In this document: piece after piece, positions 49,799-63,069 of the stretch
Position numbering within the stretch: position 1 is the first letter of the stretch
Layout: every line of letters begins with the position of its first letter
From: Podarcis tiliguerta
Taxonomy: Eukaryota
DNA: 64,000 nt
Strand: one strand, 5' to 3'
Assembly (NCBI GenBank): GCA_965153285.1
Contig: OZ229110.1
The notes under the pieces: generated by a model
What the model saw: the letters and a program-made list of their open reading frames with translations, nothing else
Told to the model about the DNA's origin: nothing
Databases searched by the model: none
Made by a program: the position numbers and the translations under genes

Positions 49799-51964
49799 GG
49801 TATAACCCCAAATTAAAAATCCACATTTTTGTTGCTACAACAGAAGTAGGAAACACATTGGCCTAGCCTCCTTTGCCACGACAACACTGTGAAAGAAGAA
49901 AAATGGACATACATGGTAAAAAAAAAATAGAGAGCATTCTGTGTTACAGATGTGGATTAATGATGGTGCCTGGCTTTGAGAATGTTGAAGGCCACTGTTC
50001 TGTATTTTTTATTTTATGTTCTTGTTTTTCAAAATGTACCTTAAACACATTTGCCCAAGTAACCTCCACTGCACACAGTTGGACTTACTTTTGAATAAGC
50101 ATGGGAGGGACATCTCTTTTAACTTTTTTGCTTACATATTTCTCCAAGTTGCACCATACATCCCTGTTCAGGAAATATGCTACCAAAGGTTTAGTAAACC
50201 CGATCCCACCCTCTGATATCTGGCCAATGAGAGTAAAGGCACTAGGATGATTCACAAGCAAGGGAAGCAGTGATTTCCTGTTTCATTTCCTTCCATTGCC
50301 TATAATAACCATTTAAGGAGAAGGGCAATGTATCCATACTTCCCTCCTTTGTCAATTATTTAAAAAATAATTTGTTCTACGTTGTCCTGATTTTTCTGAC
50401 TTGTGAACAATAGCAGCGGGTGCACTGTATCCTTTTTTCTAGTTCAGCTTGGTGGCCTCTAGGCACTTTTAAATTAACATTTAAATAATCTTTTTAAAAA
50501 TTAAATTAATAAGCATATCCGTCTGTAGCACAGAAAACAAGTCTCATGTGGCCAGAAAAGCTATTTGGGAAGAGCAGCATAGCTGGAGGAACTATATCCA
50601 AATACAGTAATGGGTTTAACATTTCCGCAAGTTCAAACTGCAAGGGGTTTAATGTAGCTGCAGTGGAGCTGGGCAGTGACAATTCATCACAGCAGGGCAC
50701 AGGAGCAGTGGGTGGAGGTGAGGAGAGGGGCAGAGCCTGAGAGGGCAGTGGGCCAGGTAGAGAAATGACATCGAGGCCACTCACCCCTGTAACAGGACAA
50801 ACAACAGGACAGTAGATTTACTACAATGGTGGCTGTTCATTGCAAGGCCACAAGGGGGCAATCAAACCTTGGGAGACAGCAAACAGCAGCTTTTCATAAT
50901 TTAACTAGATTACTGGATTAAGTAATCCTCTCAATTATGTTTTAGTTCTGAATGATAAAATCAAGGCTTAGGAAGCTACATGGCCATAGCTCTACCTAGC
51001 AGAATCTGACAGTTTCAGGAGAACTTTACAAGTTCTGTCAATTTTTTGTTTGGGTTTGGTTTTCATAAGCAAGGATGAATAAAGGGGGGGGGGGCAAACC
51101 AATGCTCTGTTTAGCAAGAGAAAAATACTGAAAAGCTGGGAACGGTTTTTGCAGAAATCTCAATATCCTGAAAAGTACCTCAGTTCATGAGGTCAGCTAT
51201 CAGCTACTAGCCTCTGCCCTCTCGCCCATATACCTTGTCGCAGGTGCCTACTGGACTCTAATCGTCTGTTAAATCAACATCTTCTCTCATTAAGGATATG
51301 TTTTTAGGATTACGTGGCTGTGAAAAGAATCTGCACTCCTGACATATGCAATCCACGCATAAGGACTGCACCGATTCTCCTGCTGTTTTCTGCTAGTCCA
51401 AATGGACCCCCAAATCAGCACAGTACCAGACCTCTGCGCTCATAATTTATTTTATTAAGTGCCCCCTCATTCCCATTTAAGCATACCAATACAAGGGAAA
51501 ACAGCATTCAGAAGCACCTTTAGTCTCCAACAACAAAAACGAAATAGGTTTCTGTTTTGACTCTCTTAACAAAGCATACCAAGAAGGCATGAGAGCAATG
51601 GCCCTCCCCTGCCGCTGTCTATTCCAGCATACTACCTCGGAAGATGGGAAACTTTATTTAGTGACCATATGTTATTAGCCATTGATAGACCTATCCATGA
51701 ATGCACCCAATCAGCTGTAAAAGCTATATATGAAACAATAAACTTCTCCCTGCAATGAGACAATCTCTTTCTACATTGGGGGAAATTGTGAATAAAGAAA
51801 CCATGAAATGTTTGTCTTAGACTGGTATCATGCTCCTATCCCAGTCTCTGCAGGAAAGGAACTGAAATTTAAGAAAAGGGTCCGTGGCCATCAAAAAGCA
51901 GTATAAAAGGGGAAAGATCATACCTTAGTACAGTACTCTGAACATGAGAGTTACTTTCGTCTGG

Positions 51965-52283
51965 ATTGCATCAAATGAAACTGTCTTATCCAGTCAGATA
52001 GTACTGATCCATATAGTCCTGCATCAGGTCTCAAAGATCTCAGGCAGGAGGCTTTCCTAGCACTGCCTGCCAGAGATCCTTTTAACTGGAGATACCAATT
52101 CAAGACCCTCTGCATGCAAAGAAAATGCACTACTGCTGAATTATGCATTACCCTTTGCATGCACAAGACTGAAGTTTCAATCCCTAGCATCCCTAGAAAG
52201 ACCTTTTCTGAGCTTTTAAGAGAGCCATAAATACTTGGCTAGATGGATCCGTAGTCCAACAAAGTACAAGGTAGCTTCATGCA
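51965..52283. mobile_element. Two tRNA-Ala-type SINEs head-to-head (minus about 51965-52146, plus about 52153-52283)
   Basis: TCTGCATGCAAAG..CACTACTGCTGAATTATG on the minus strand, then CTTTGCATGCACAAG..GTTTCAATCCCTAGCATC..CTAGATGGA..AGCTTC on the plus strand. Confidence 0.55.
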
Positions 52284-52674
52284 ATGTCAGCAGTGTTAGG
52301 GGCAGTATTTTTCTGAATGCTAGTTGTTTGAAACTGCAAGCTGAGGGAGTTCTGTTCAACTTGGGTCCTGCTTGCAGGCCTGCCGTAGACATCTGGCTGG
52401 CCACTCTGAGCGAAAAAATGCTAGATATCCTGTTTTCCGAATAAATTCAGCTTTGTAGCTGATAAATTCCTTGCCAAGCAGCAGATTCTTCCCTAAAATG
52501 TGTTTAGCAACTTCAAAAAAACTGTTCTAGATGAGTGCTTCACTCAGGGAAGCCCTAGGAATCAAGGAGACTGGGAAAACAGCATTGAACTGTGAGCCTC
52601 AAGGCCACATACAGTTGTCACGTGAGTGTCAGGAAGAGAATCAAGAGGCACAGGCAGCAAAAGCAGAGATGTAC

Positions 52675-52748
52675 CTCCTCGTAGTTCTTTGCTTCTACTC
52701 CATGCTTCATGTTCAAGGTCACGAACTGGTCTGGCATCCGCCCTGTTC
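52675..52748 (-). CDS. TMED10: TMED10 exon 3
   Basis: [25 protein letters not shown], 74 nt. An alternative acceptor would start the exon at 52754. Confidence 0.93.
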
Positions 52749-53429
52749 CTGGAACTGCAATGAAAGGATTCATTGTATGAAGTGCTCAGGCTGCCAGGAA
52801 ATTCCCAGCCACCCGCCCCCCAATACACAGCAGGGAGGGATTTGCGGCTCTCCTCCTGTACAAGCCTCGGAACAGCTAAAGAGGCAGTCCAACTATGCCC
52901 AAAATCACAGAAAAATCTACAGATAGCATTGGCTAAGGTAGGAACTCTGAGAAGTAATGAGAACAAGCTGCAATGAAGCATGTGGAGCGTGCAAAACACC
53001 AGGCACTCTGATTTCCTGGTCTTCGTTCCACTCTCTAGCAATAAGGAAACATGGGATCAGTTTAGAGCTAGACAAGCTGGTAAGAACTAAGTGCTAATTC
53101 TAGCCAAATAGAAAAGCGAATATAAACCTGAAGTGGTGTATTAGACTGAACAGATGAAAAATAATATAATTAACATATTTTTATAAAGTTAAAGTTCACC
53201 TAGCCAAATATAAAACCACTGTGGAATGGAAAATCAGAAACAACCCTTGTGGCACTGCTATAATACCTGATTGACCCCTGCCCTTCTTCTTACCTCCCTT
53301 CTCCTTATTCAAATTATTCCTCCCCAACCCCAAACTTTATAACTGCCACAAACCTGGTTATCTAGTGAGTATAAATAGTTCCCAAGCAACCAGGTCTGGT
53401 CTAGAGGGTCTTCCCTCTGCAATTTACCC

Positions 53430-54405
53430 CTTGATAATCCAGTTCAACCCCTGCCAATACAGGAAATCCACTACTACAACAACCTCAACAGTTTCCAACT
53501 AAGGAAAGCCCACCTTCCTCTCAAGCAGTTTGTTCCACTGCTGAAAGCTCTCCCCAGTGAGGTCCACTTGATGCCTCTACCGACATAGTTTTGGTACCAG
53601 GTAATAAAATACATTTTTTTCTCAGACATTTGATAGATTATGAGGATGATGCTGTGTCTGTTGTTTGTGTGCTGCCAAAGCTTCTGGCAGCTGTTATTGG
53701 GTGTGTGTTGTTGTGTATATTTTTCATGAAATGCATGTTTCTTTCTGAATGTGTTAACATTACAATGTATTTATGTTTATGTTTTTAAGTATGTTTCAAT
53801 TTGTTTGGAAACCTCTGTGTATTAAGCAACTTACAAGTCTACTATATTATGATGATAATGATAGCAGTTTATACTGTTTGGAAGTTCTTCCTAATGTTTA
53901 GACAGAATACTTTATATTGTCGTTTTAGCTACCTGCTTTGGAGTCTGATCTCTAGGACAATACCAAATAGATTTGCTCCATCATCTATGTCAGTGGTTCT
54001 CAAAGGGTGTAGTGTGCTACACTGGTGTGGAAGGAGAGGATGGCAATTACAAAATAGTTGTGTCCTGTGTTATAAATCAAGCACTGCTAGGAGTTGTTTC
54101 TTTTTGTTTTCCGATGTATTTCTTATCAATAAAAAAATTCAGTGTGGTGTGAGCAAATTTATATTTAGAAAACGTGGCCCAGAGAAGCAAGTTTGAGAAA
54201 CACTTAATAATGTGATAGCCATCCTCGAGTATCTGAATGGCACAATCCTTCTTAATTATCTCTTCTCAAGGCTAAACATACCCTAGTCCTTCAACCTTCC
54301 CACAGAGGACTTTATCTCCAGGCCCCTCTTCATCTTTGCCATCCTCCTCTGGATACATTCCAGTTTGCTGATATCCTTCTTAAACTGCAGTGCCCCAAAG
54401 TACAA
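53430..54405 (-). mobile_element. CR1 LINE fragment split by an L2 tail (about 53553-53870) and a hAT MITE (53991-54205)
   Basis: TTGTTCCACTGCTGAAAGCTC / TACTGTTTGGAAGTTCTTCCTAATGTTTAG / TCTCTTCTCAAGGCTAAACATACCC are collinear CR1 pieces. MITE TIRs CAGTGGTTCTCAAA...TTTGAGAAACACT. Confidence 0.65.
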
Positions 54406-55469
54406 CTATTTATCTCTTAAGAAAAAAAGGGAGGTAGAACTGCATGCATTTTCCCCCTCAGGCTCCCAGTTCCTAGATAATTATGTTCTCATCACTGATA
54501 ATAGGTTCTGGACCTAGCAAGGTGGACCAGATTGAAGGAGGGGGGAAAGAATATGACCATTTACCTTAAGCTCAGAGCTATGTTGTGAACAACCCCTTTG
54601 CATGTTTACTTCAAAATAAGTCACCCCAGTTTACTCACATTCCTATAAACACTTACCTGGGAGTAAGACCCACTAATAATACTGGTTCTTGCTTCCTGAA
54701 TATGCATGCGTAAGAAAGCTGCATTTGTCAGCTTGGTCCGAAAAGAGAAATGTTTTGAATACACTTTTTTAATCTGGCTATTTTGGACGAAGGAGGATAA
54801 TTGCTTCTTACTATTTCTACTTTGAAGTAATTCTCTTTCTTTGTTAATCTGCCAATCCCAGATCAGCTGTTTTTTGACCCATTACTTTTAAGGGCATGGG
54901 ATTAAGGGATTTTAAGTGGGGTTACGAAACTGTAGTTATGCCAAATGGAAGAAGTATGGCACAGTATCAATTGGGTCATGTTATGTCAGACACAGCATTA
55001 CTTAAGGTAACAGATATCTTAAAACAAGCTCAGGACATAATAAAGAGCCCATGATCTAGCCAATCAGTTTGTCATTCTGGTGTTTGCATTCAGCATGACA
55101 GGCAACAAAAACACTGTGGAGAAAATAGTATGAGGCTGTTCTCCCCCCCCCCCCCCCCGATTTTTAAAAAATTAAGGAACTATCCCGTTTTGCAACATAT
55201 GCAAACAGCCTGCCTTCCCTAGACTTTTTTTTTTCAAAAAAAGCTAGCTAACCAAACTCCCTATCCACCAAAGAGCCCCTAGCTAGTACATGCACCTCTA
55301 CTACCATGTTAGAAATTAGCCAGACACCAGGCCCATTTTGCGACGGGTGCAGGTTAATTTTGACTACATGGACATCTCTGGATGTCAGGTTGGCAACTGA
55401 CATCTCCATCTGGCTTTCCCTTCCAACTTTCTTAAGCGGGTAAGCAGAAAAGCTTATTTATTGCATTTA

Positions 55470-55647
55470 TATCCCAACCCAAGGAGTTCATGGTTCATCT
55501 CTCTCCTCAGTTAATCCCTACAACAACCCTGTGAGGTGGGTTAAGAGGCTGTGACTGGCTCAAGGTCACCTGGGGAGCTTCATGATTGGGTGGGGATTTG
55601 AACCCTGATCTCCCAGATCCTAGTCCAACACCCTAACCACTACACCA
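55470..55647 (-). mobile_element. tRNA-derived squamate SINE (MIR/CORE-like)
   Basis: Reverse complement TGGTGTAGTGGTTAGGGTGTTGGACTAGGATCTGGGAGATCAGGGTTCAAATCCCC (A and B boxes)...CACCTCACAGGGTTGTTG. Confidence 0.8.
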
Positions 55648-56269
55648 GATATATTCGGAACACTGCAGCCGAGATCAGGGTCTGGGCAGAAATTGGCGAA
55701 ATGTCTGGGGAAATCAGCAGTGTCCTTTTTGCAGATTTCCCTCAGAAATAACTCAAAAACATCCAATTTCTTTGCGATTTTGCTCAACAACTTTTCTGTC
55801 CGGATTTTCACTTTTTGAAATATGGCAACCCTAACTTCTGCTATAGGAAAACTATATAAACTAAGCAGGTAAATAAATATGGGGAAAGCAAAATGCCACT
55901 TAGAGATAGATCTGAAATATTTTCCTTGAAGCTTGAATTTGTTTTATTCAGGATTGTTTTATTTGATGTTTTGATGTGTTGTAAACCGCTTTGCTTTGAG
56001 ATTCTTCCCCCCTTTAAAATATGAAGTGGTATAGAAATGAAATAATAAGACGAAATCCTACTGGGGGGAAATGGTGTCTAGACATTCTGCTTTGGCAACT
56101 GTAACCTAGGTTTAAGCTGCCATTTGGAGTTAGCTTATACACCTGAGTTTCTAACACTGTTCTACTACTGGGATCAGATACAGTAGGCTGTGGTCCCACG
56201 TCCTCCATGAAACTGGGAAGGCACCAGGTGTTAGCATTGTTGCAGTACCTTTAAGGAATGGTCACCATT

Positions 56270-56462
56270 CCTTTCTGGAGCCTTTCTGCCAACTTCATGC
56301 AGCCAGTGAGCTACTGTTGGTTGCCACAGGAGGAGAGAGTACTTTGGGGCTTAAATCCTGCTTGCAGGTTTGCCACAGGCACCTGGTTGGCCAGAGTGAG
56401 AGCAGGAGGCTGGGCTAGATGGACTACTGGCCTAATCCAGCAGGCATTTCTTATATTCTTAT
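56270..56462 (+). mobile_element. CR1 LINE 3' end
   Basis: CCTGCTTGCAGG...CACCTGGTTGGCCA...GCTGGGCTAGATGGACTACTGGCCTAATCCAGCAGGCATTTCTTATATTCTTAT. Confidence 0.75.
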
Positions 56463-56814
56463 ATACCCACCCTTCTATGATTCTGCCAATGAAGATAGAT
56501 TTATTTCAGTGTCCCAATTCACAGGTAGGTGGCAGCACAGCACAGTATATGAAATGCAATGTGGGGGTAGGGAAGAGAACTGCTCTTCTTCACTGGATAG
56601 AAACAGGAGTACTTTCCATGGTGCTGCTCCTGACAGCTTCCAAGATGCCATAAATATATGTAGTTTTCATAATGGTAAATGAGCAAGGCAGTCCCCTGCT
56701 ACACATGCCACAAGAATCATTGTTTCCAGTTTTTATGCAAGATTTGAATTTCTGCTATAGCCATGGAAACTTATTTACACAGTGAATTTGAAAAATACTA
56801 ATTTCAGTGACATA

Positions 56815-57120
56815 CCGTATTTTTCGCTATATAAGACGCACCAGACCATAAGACGCGGCTAGTTTTTGGAGGAGGAAAAGAAGAAGAAAAATATTCTGAA
56901 TCCCAGAAGCCAGAACAGCAAGAGGGATCTGGCTTCTGGGATAGCCTCTTGCTGTTCTGGCTTCTGGGATAGCCATGTGAAGCCTCTTCCGGGCAGCGGG
57001 AGGAAGGCTCCCCCAAGAGCCACGCTCCCTTTAAAGAGCGCGCGGAGTGTGTGTGCAGCTCTTGGGGGCTTTTCCCCGAGGAGGGAGAAGGGCAGCCAAT
57101 CTAGTCCAATCTCCTGAAAT
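56815..57120. mobile_element. Truncated Tc2/pogo-like MITE
   Basis: TA|CCGTATTTTTCGCTATATAAGACGCAC TIR. Internal motifs shared with 58408-58977. The right TIR is absent. Confidence 0.75.
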
Positions 57121-58407
57121 GCACGAATCACTGCTAATGCAGGCTTTATATGAAAAATAGTTTGCACAACATTCTAGCCAAACGCTGCCCATATTAGTCT
57201 GGAATTGATGAACATATAAAAATCAATATGGGGTAACTATTTACACTACAACAAGGCAACCTACAGATCATGCACTTTTAGTTGCAAAGTTGTTCCTCAG
57301 ATCAGAACCAAGAATCCAGCAACATCTAGTCTCAGTACGGTATCTGCTTAGAGAATTGGACTAAATCCAAGCTCATAATAAAATTAAGACTGTTTTGGTT
57401 ACACAATGTTATGAAGTATATATGACTCTCATTCAAAAAAGTCACTTAAGGTTTGATGGTTAGAAAACAATTTCTGGCTATGGGTCACTGTGGGAAGGAC
57501 CTTTTTAACAAAGTCTTCCACTTTTAACAGCAAAATAAATAGATAAATAAATAAAGGGTGAACAAGAGAATGAAAGGAATGTTCCAGGTTAGACTTTCAA
57601 CACGTGCTTGTTGTAAAAAAACAATAGTAATACTTATGCAGAATTAATTTTTACATAGTAGATCATTAAAAGTCATTCTGGTGTGGAGGATACAAAATAG
57701 CAATAAGGCAAGTGAGTAACACATGCAATATATTCCAAGCTTCCACATACAATACAAGAAGCAGAGTGGCTGGGGCAACCCAGTCAGATATGAGGCATAT
57801 AAATATTGTAACAATAAAATAAAATTATTATTTTATTGTTACAAGCATAGAATTACACAAGCACAACTGTGCTGCCCCCAAAGCAGAATGTGTGACGCAA
57901 GGGAAGAGCTCTGGGATAACAATTTAGCACTCACAATGGGGATCTCCCTAAGTCTTGCAAGGCAGCTCTTCCCTCTACTGGGGTCCCTGCGCAAAAAGCT
58001 GTGCCTTTCGCTTCCTCTTCCTCATTTTTGTGGCCAAGTGCTTGAGAAATCACAGTTGCTCAGGCCTCACCTGGCCCAACCGCCCAAATGTTGCAGCTCT
58101 GCCTTCTCAAGGCAGCTAAAACCCTACAGCCACTGACCGCCACAGCATCCTCAGCTACTCTGCAGAAAACATGTCTAAACTTCTTAATGCCAATAATCTA
58201 ATAATACAAAGAACTGTAGAGATTATTTGTTTAGGGGCACTCTGCTACAGTGCATTGTGCTGGTAATAGGAACTACCAAGGTTTGAGATGAACAGGATGC
58301 TGCCGTTAGTTATCTTGGGACACAGAAAATTCAACATCCTTCAAAAGGCAAAAACAGTCTGTAACAACCTCTTCCCCTTTTTCTGCACAATAAACTATTA
58401 AGGCATA

Positions 58408-58977
58408 CCGTATTTTTCGCACCATAGGGCGCACTTTTTCCCTCCTAAAAAGCAAGGGAAAATGTGTGTGTGTCCTATGGAGCGAATGCAGGGGGGAGGC
58501 AGGCAGGAAAAGCCCCCAAGAGCCGCACACAAGCTCCGTGCGCTCTTGCGGGCTTTTCCACAGGAGGGAGAAGGGACTGACTGGCCGCATCAGTCCCTTC
58601 TCCCACCTCCCAGAAAAGCCAGGAGAAGCCGCAATCTCTTTAAAGGGGTTGCACGACTTCTGCGGGCTTTTGGGAGAGGTGAGGGGATCCCCCCACCTCC
58701 CAGTAAAGCCAGGAAAGCCCTGTGCAGCGTCTCCCGGCAAGGAGAGGCTGCACGGGGCTAAAGGGGAAGCCAAAACAGCGAGCGGGATCCATCCCGCTGG
58801 CTGCCTTGGCTTGTTCCATAGCTGCGCGCAACCCCTCTGGCAGGGAGAGGTTGTGCGCAGCCTGTACGCTGCTCTTTGGGGCTGGGGGTGGGGGGAAAGA
58901 TTTTTTTTCTTGAATTCCCCCCCTAAAAACTGGGTGCGCCCTATGGTCTGGTGCGCCCTATGGTGCGAAAAATACGG
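58408..58977. mobile_element. Tc2/pogo-like MITE, 570 bp, intact
   Basis: Perfect 27-bp TIRs CCGTATTTTTCGCACCATAGGGCGCAC and TA TSD. Confidence 0.92.
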
Positions 58978-61132
58978 TAACCCCCAAAGCTAGCAATCAC
59001 ATAACTAAAGTTTTGCATGTTTCCACACAGTGTGTCTGGGAGGGAGGGAAGAGAAATATCTCCTCAAATTTACACCTCTTAAAACCTTCCTTGGTAGGCT
59101 AAACAACACCATTCATGCATACAGGGAGAATCTGACAAACCTGACTAAATTTTTGTATTCTCGGGGCCCCTCAACAGAACTCATAGCTGCTTTGTCCCCA
59201 TCTGCCTTTGATGGACACTACTCAGAATAGTGTCCTTAGGAGCCTTCCTTGTCAATACAGGGTATTTTGCTAATCTGTTATTTTTAATGCAACCTACCAT
59301 CTCTGATTGTCTTTACTCTTGAATCATTTAATAAATATATTAAATTTAAAACCTAGAGTTTAGTCATGAGGCTCCACTTTAGGAGCCTTACACACTATTT
59401 TGCTGATGCTACTGAATAGCACTAAAGAGCCTACTTAGGTCTATCTCCCATTTATGATGCTGTTACATTTACGTCACCCATGTAATCAGATTAACGTATT
59501 TTAAAAGTATTCTAATAAAATCCCACACCTATATTCTTCTGTTCTCAGAAAGCACACAACTTTAACCAAGGAATATACTCTTCCGCTAAAAACAGTAGTG
59601 AATTTCACTCCAACATAGTTTTTCTAGTATAGACCTCTGTTGGTAGACTAGAGGTATTTTTACATTTAGGCCATAACACATATGCTCACTGGTAAGTATG
59701 TTGTTAGCTGGTTTTAACAAGTCTTTTGATTCACCTGTTTGTTTTTATGTGTTTTTAAAAAACTTTTATTGCTGTTTGATTATATTTTTAATATTTTGTT
59801 GCCCTTGTGTTACTGTTAACTTGTGGAAAGGAAGAGCACAAAATTAACAAATAAATAAATAAATCTCTGAGATTTAGAACATTGAGACTGTCCCACCTAA
59901 GTACATCATGGGCTCATAGCACAGAAGACATATATATGACCTTGAAGTTCCAACAGTGACAGTGGAAGCAGGAAGATACCTTGAACCTCAACAAGATGAC
60001 CACTGTCCATTTATGTTGAGAAACAGCATTAAATGTGCCTGGAGGTGTTGTGGACTATTTGCCCTAAACTTCAACCCAAATCTTCATGAGGAAGAGGGGC
60101 AAATGCGTCACTCCCAAAGGAAATGTCAGCTCTAAGACTTGTTAAGCAATTGCCCTCAAGATCTGGGTACATAATCAACGTCCTGCACACTTCCTCTTGT
60201 GATAGAATATACCAATGCAACGGGCCCTCGGTCATTATAACTAAGTGCCACGTCTCTACAAGAAAAGGGTTTCTGGCTGGTTTAGAGATGCTAGCAACTG
60301 ATTAATGAAGAGACTGAGTTCCATCTCCAAGAAGTGGAAAGTGAACAAGCAGGGGTGCGTGGACCAATAGAGTAGGGAACAATAAGACTTAACATTGGCT
60401 TTGAGGAACCACACAGCACAGAAAGAGTATTGGCTAAGTGAGGCAATGATAAAAGACCAAATTTAGTATTCCCTTGCCTCTTGTACAGAAAATTCAGTGT
60501 ACTGATGGTGGAATCCCTCTTGGATATCTCATATGAATAGGGAACAATGGTGTTAATTTCCACCTGAAGCAGAAAGGAGAATCAACTGCAGTGTCTGTGT
60601 TTCTTCCTTTCCCCTCTCTGTTTACTGGCTGGGAACAGTTGGTTGTGCCCGTGCCCTCTCAATGTCAGGTGTGTATAGGCTACAGTGTGGAGAATTTGGG
60701 CCCTCTCCTAAATAAAATTCCAGTAACTGCACATCTCTATCTGCTGTGGAAGACAGCAAAGCACTTCTTTCATGAAGAGACTCTTAAGACTTCTGTAATA
60801 GCCAACCAGTCCTCTTCTATGACCCTGTTTTTCTTGTGTCTCATTCTGGATTATAAAATTTCCTTTGGGTGGGCAATTGTGATTTCAGCACTGCTCAAAT
60901 GCAAACACTTCTGGGAAGGAATGCAACAACTGGCATTCATTAGTAATTTTAGGAACTGACTCCCTTGGGATTAAATGTTCTCTCTCAGTCCAGAAGACCT
61001 CAAAACACTTGGCAAAGCAGATACCCCTGGCCCTTGCTCAACATTACCCTTTTAAATGGATCCTACAGGAGATGGATGAGAAAGTAGAGAAGAGGCATAC
61101 CAGGAGCACCAAACAGGGACGATCACACTTAC

Positions 61133-61253
61133 CCACAGGGAGCTTGCTCTCAAAGCAGGCTTCAAACATGTCATAATCCTCCGTGGTGAAAGCAAATTTG
61201 CCCTTAGTTGCATCCTCCTTGACATAGAGAATATGTCCAGCTGAGTCAGTAAT
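61133..61253 (-). CDS. TMED10: TMED10 exon 2 (exon 1 lies beyond the window)
   Basis: [41 protein letters not shown]|GTAAGT (GOLD domain), 121 nt. Confidence 0.96.
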
Positions 61254-62516
61254 CTGTAGGAAATATGAAAAATAAGAGAGGCAAAGTAGTTAACATTCAA
61301 GTTCTATGTTAAATTTTATGGGAGGGGGAGGAAGAGAAGACAAAGATCTTCCTAGAACACTTGGGCAACTGACTTCTGTGCTTTCCTTGTCCCCACCTTA
61401 GGTGAAGAGATTTTTGCTAAAATGTTAATTTCAAATTCATTTATACTGCCTCCATTATTAGCCTCTGGCATGTTAAGTTGAAGACATTCCCATAAAAGCA
61501 TCCACTAAAAACAAAAGTCAGAAGATGATGTGGGAATGGGGGGGGGATGAACTCATTCACTTTACAAAACATACATTATCAGCAGCTCTGAGTAGGGCAA
61601 GTTTTGGGTTTACAGTGACCAGACAATAATTGCATAATTTATAATTGCATAACTAATAGCTCTGGGAGACAGCACATTTGTATGCTCCCCCACTGCCAAA
61701 GGAGCAAACATAAAATAAAGCAAGCTTTAAAGGTCCCATGAGAGCATGTTAAAAGCCATGTGAGGCCTTGTTTACTGCAGTAATAGCTTCTCCTTAAACA
61801 TGGTTCTTCTATAAAGAAGTGACTGATGCATGCACACACAAGCTAGTTCCTTTCCACCATTAGATGGGCCACGTCCAAAAATATATTATGCCAGCTCTAC
61901 TTTCTCTTCATCTGGCATAACAAGATAGTTGCCTACATACTGCCAGGCACGTTGCCCTAAGTATACCTAGTATGGGCAAACTGCTTAAAAGTCAGCCTAC
62001 ACAATTGTGGGGGAGCAACCATTCAGGGAGGGGGGAATGTTCCACCACAATACTCTGGCATTATGCACAGTAACATCATCATCCTTCACAAACACAGCTT
62101 TTCTCCCCATACTGCCGGCCTGAACAATAAGCACCCACACGAGACTGAGATCAAGTAGGATGAGAGCCATTAACGAACCTCCACTACGTAACCAACTAGC
62201 ACATTGGGTACATTCTTCCAGAACGGAAAGCCTAACTGTTAATTATGGGATGTCATGATCAGAGAGCAAGCACCACAGTGATGAGCCATTAAAGCACGTG
62301 AAAATGGCATGACAAAGAATCACTGTTAACTGCAAATGATAAATCCCAGTCAACAGCTGATCTGAGACTAAGGTCTTCAAGCAGAATTTTGTCTCTGGAA
62401 AATAAACTCATGTGTGATCATTAATAACTAGTCTACCCTGACAAGTTAAGGTGCTAATGTGAGCAGCCGGTCAAAAAACCCCAGACTTTAAAACTTTTTA
62501 TTCTGGATGAGCAGAG

Positions 62517-62684
62517 CAGGCCCATGCAGACGTGGGGGCAGCCAGGCACACTTGCCCCAGGGCCTTGGAGAGGTAAGCAAGCTGGGGGTCCCCACCAGAG
62601 ACCAACTGCTTTTTTCCTTGAATTTATAACTTTATTCTAACAAGACCCCCACCCCAGGCCCCAGAGAAGATCTTTACATGCCTG
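62517..62684. mobile_element. hAT-type MITE with perfect 8-bp TSD
   Basis: GAGCAGAG|CAGGCCCATG...CATGCCTG|GAGCAGAG. Confidence 0.8.
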
Positions 62685-63069
62685 GAGCAGAGGATATTTG
62701 TTCTGTAGTTATTTCATCAATTGCCAAAGTCAGGACCCAACAAAGGCTGCTGGCATATAACACCCTATTACATCAGTGTGGCCTTCTGGGGGAAGGAATG
62801 CTTAATGTACAATCTCAAACTAAGTTAAGACTTCATTGACCAGCATGCTAGACCACTCCTGGATAATGAGTATTTGGGTGGGGGTGAAACACAGGCATCA
62901 TTAACAGCAGTTTTAGGTAATTAATGCTAAGAGATGGTTTGTTTAGTCAAATTGTGGTTTGCTTTGATGTCTGAACCCAGTCCAATGTATTAATGGTGGT
63001 TTGTTTGCTAGCCATAAACTATGTGAAGCCATGGTTTGTCGCTGGCTTATGAAACATGGCGTGTTTCAA

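Noticed and set aside
58306-58993. ORFs up to 175 aa inside the MITE
   Set aside because: No transposase (HTH or DDE/D) motifs; non-autonomous element.
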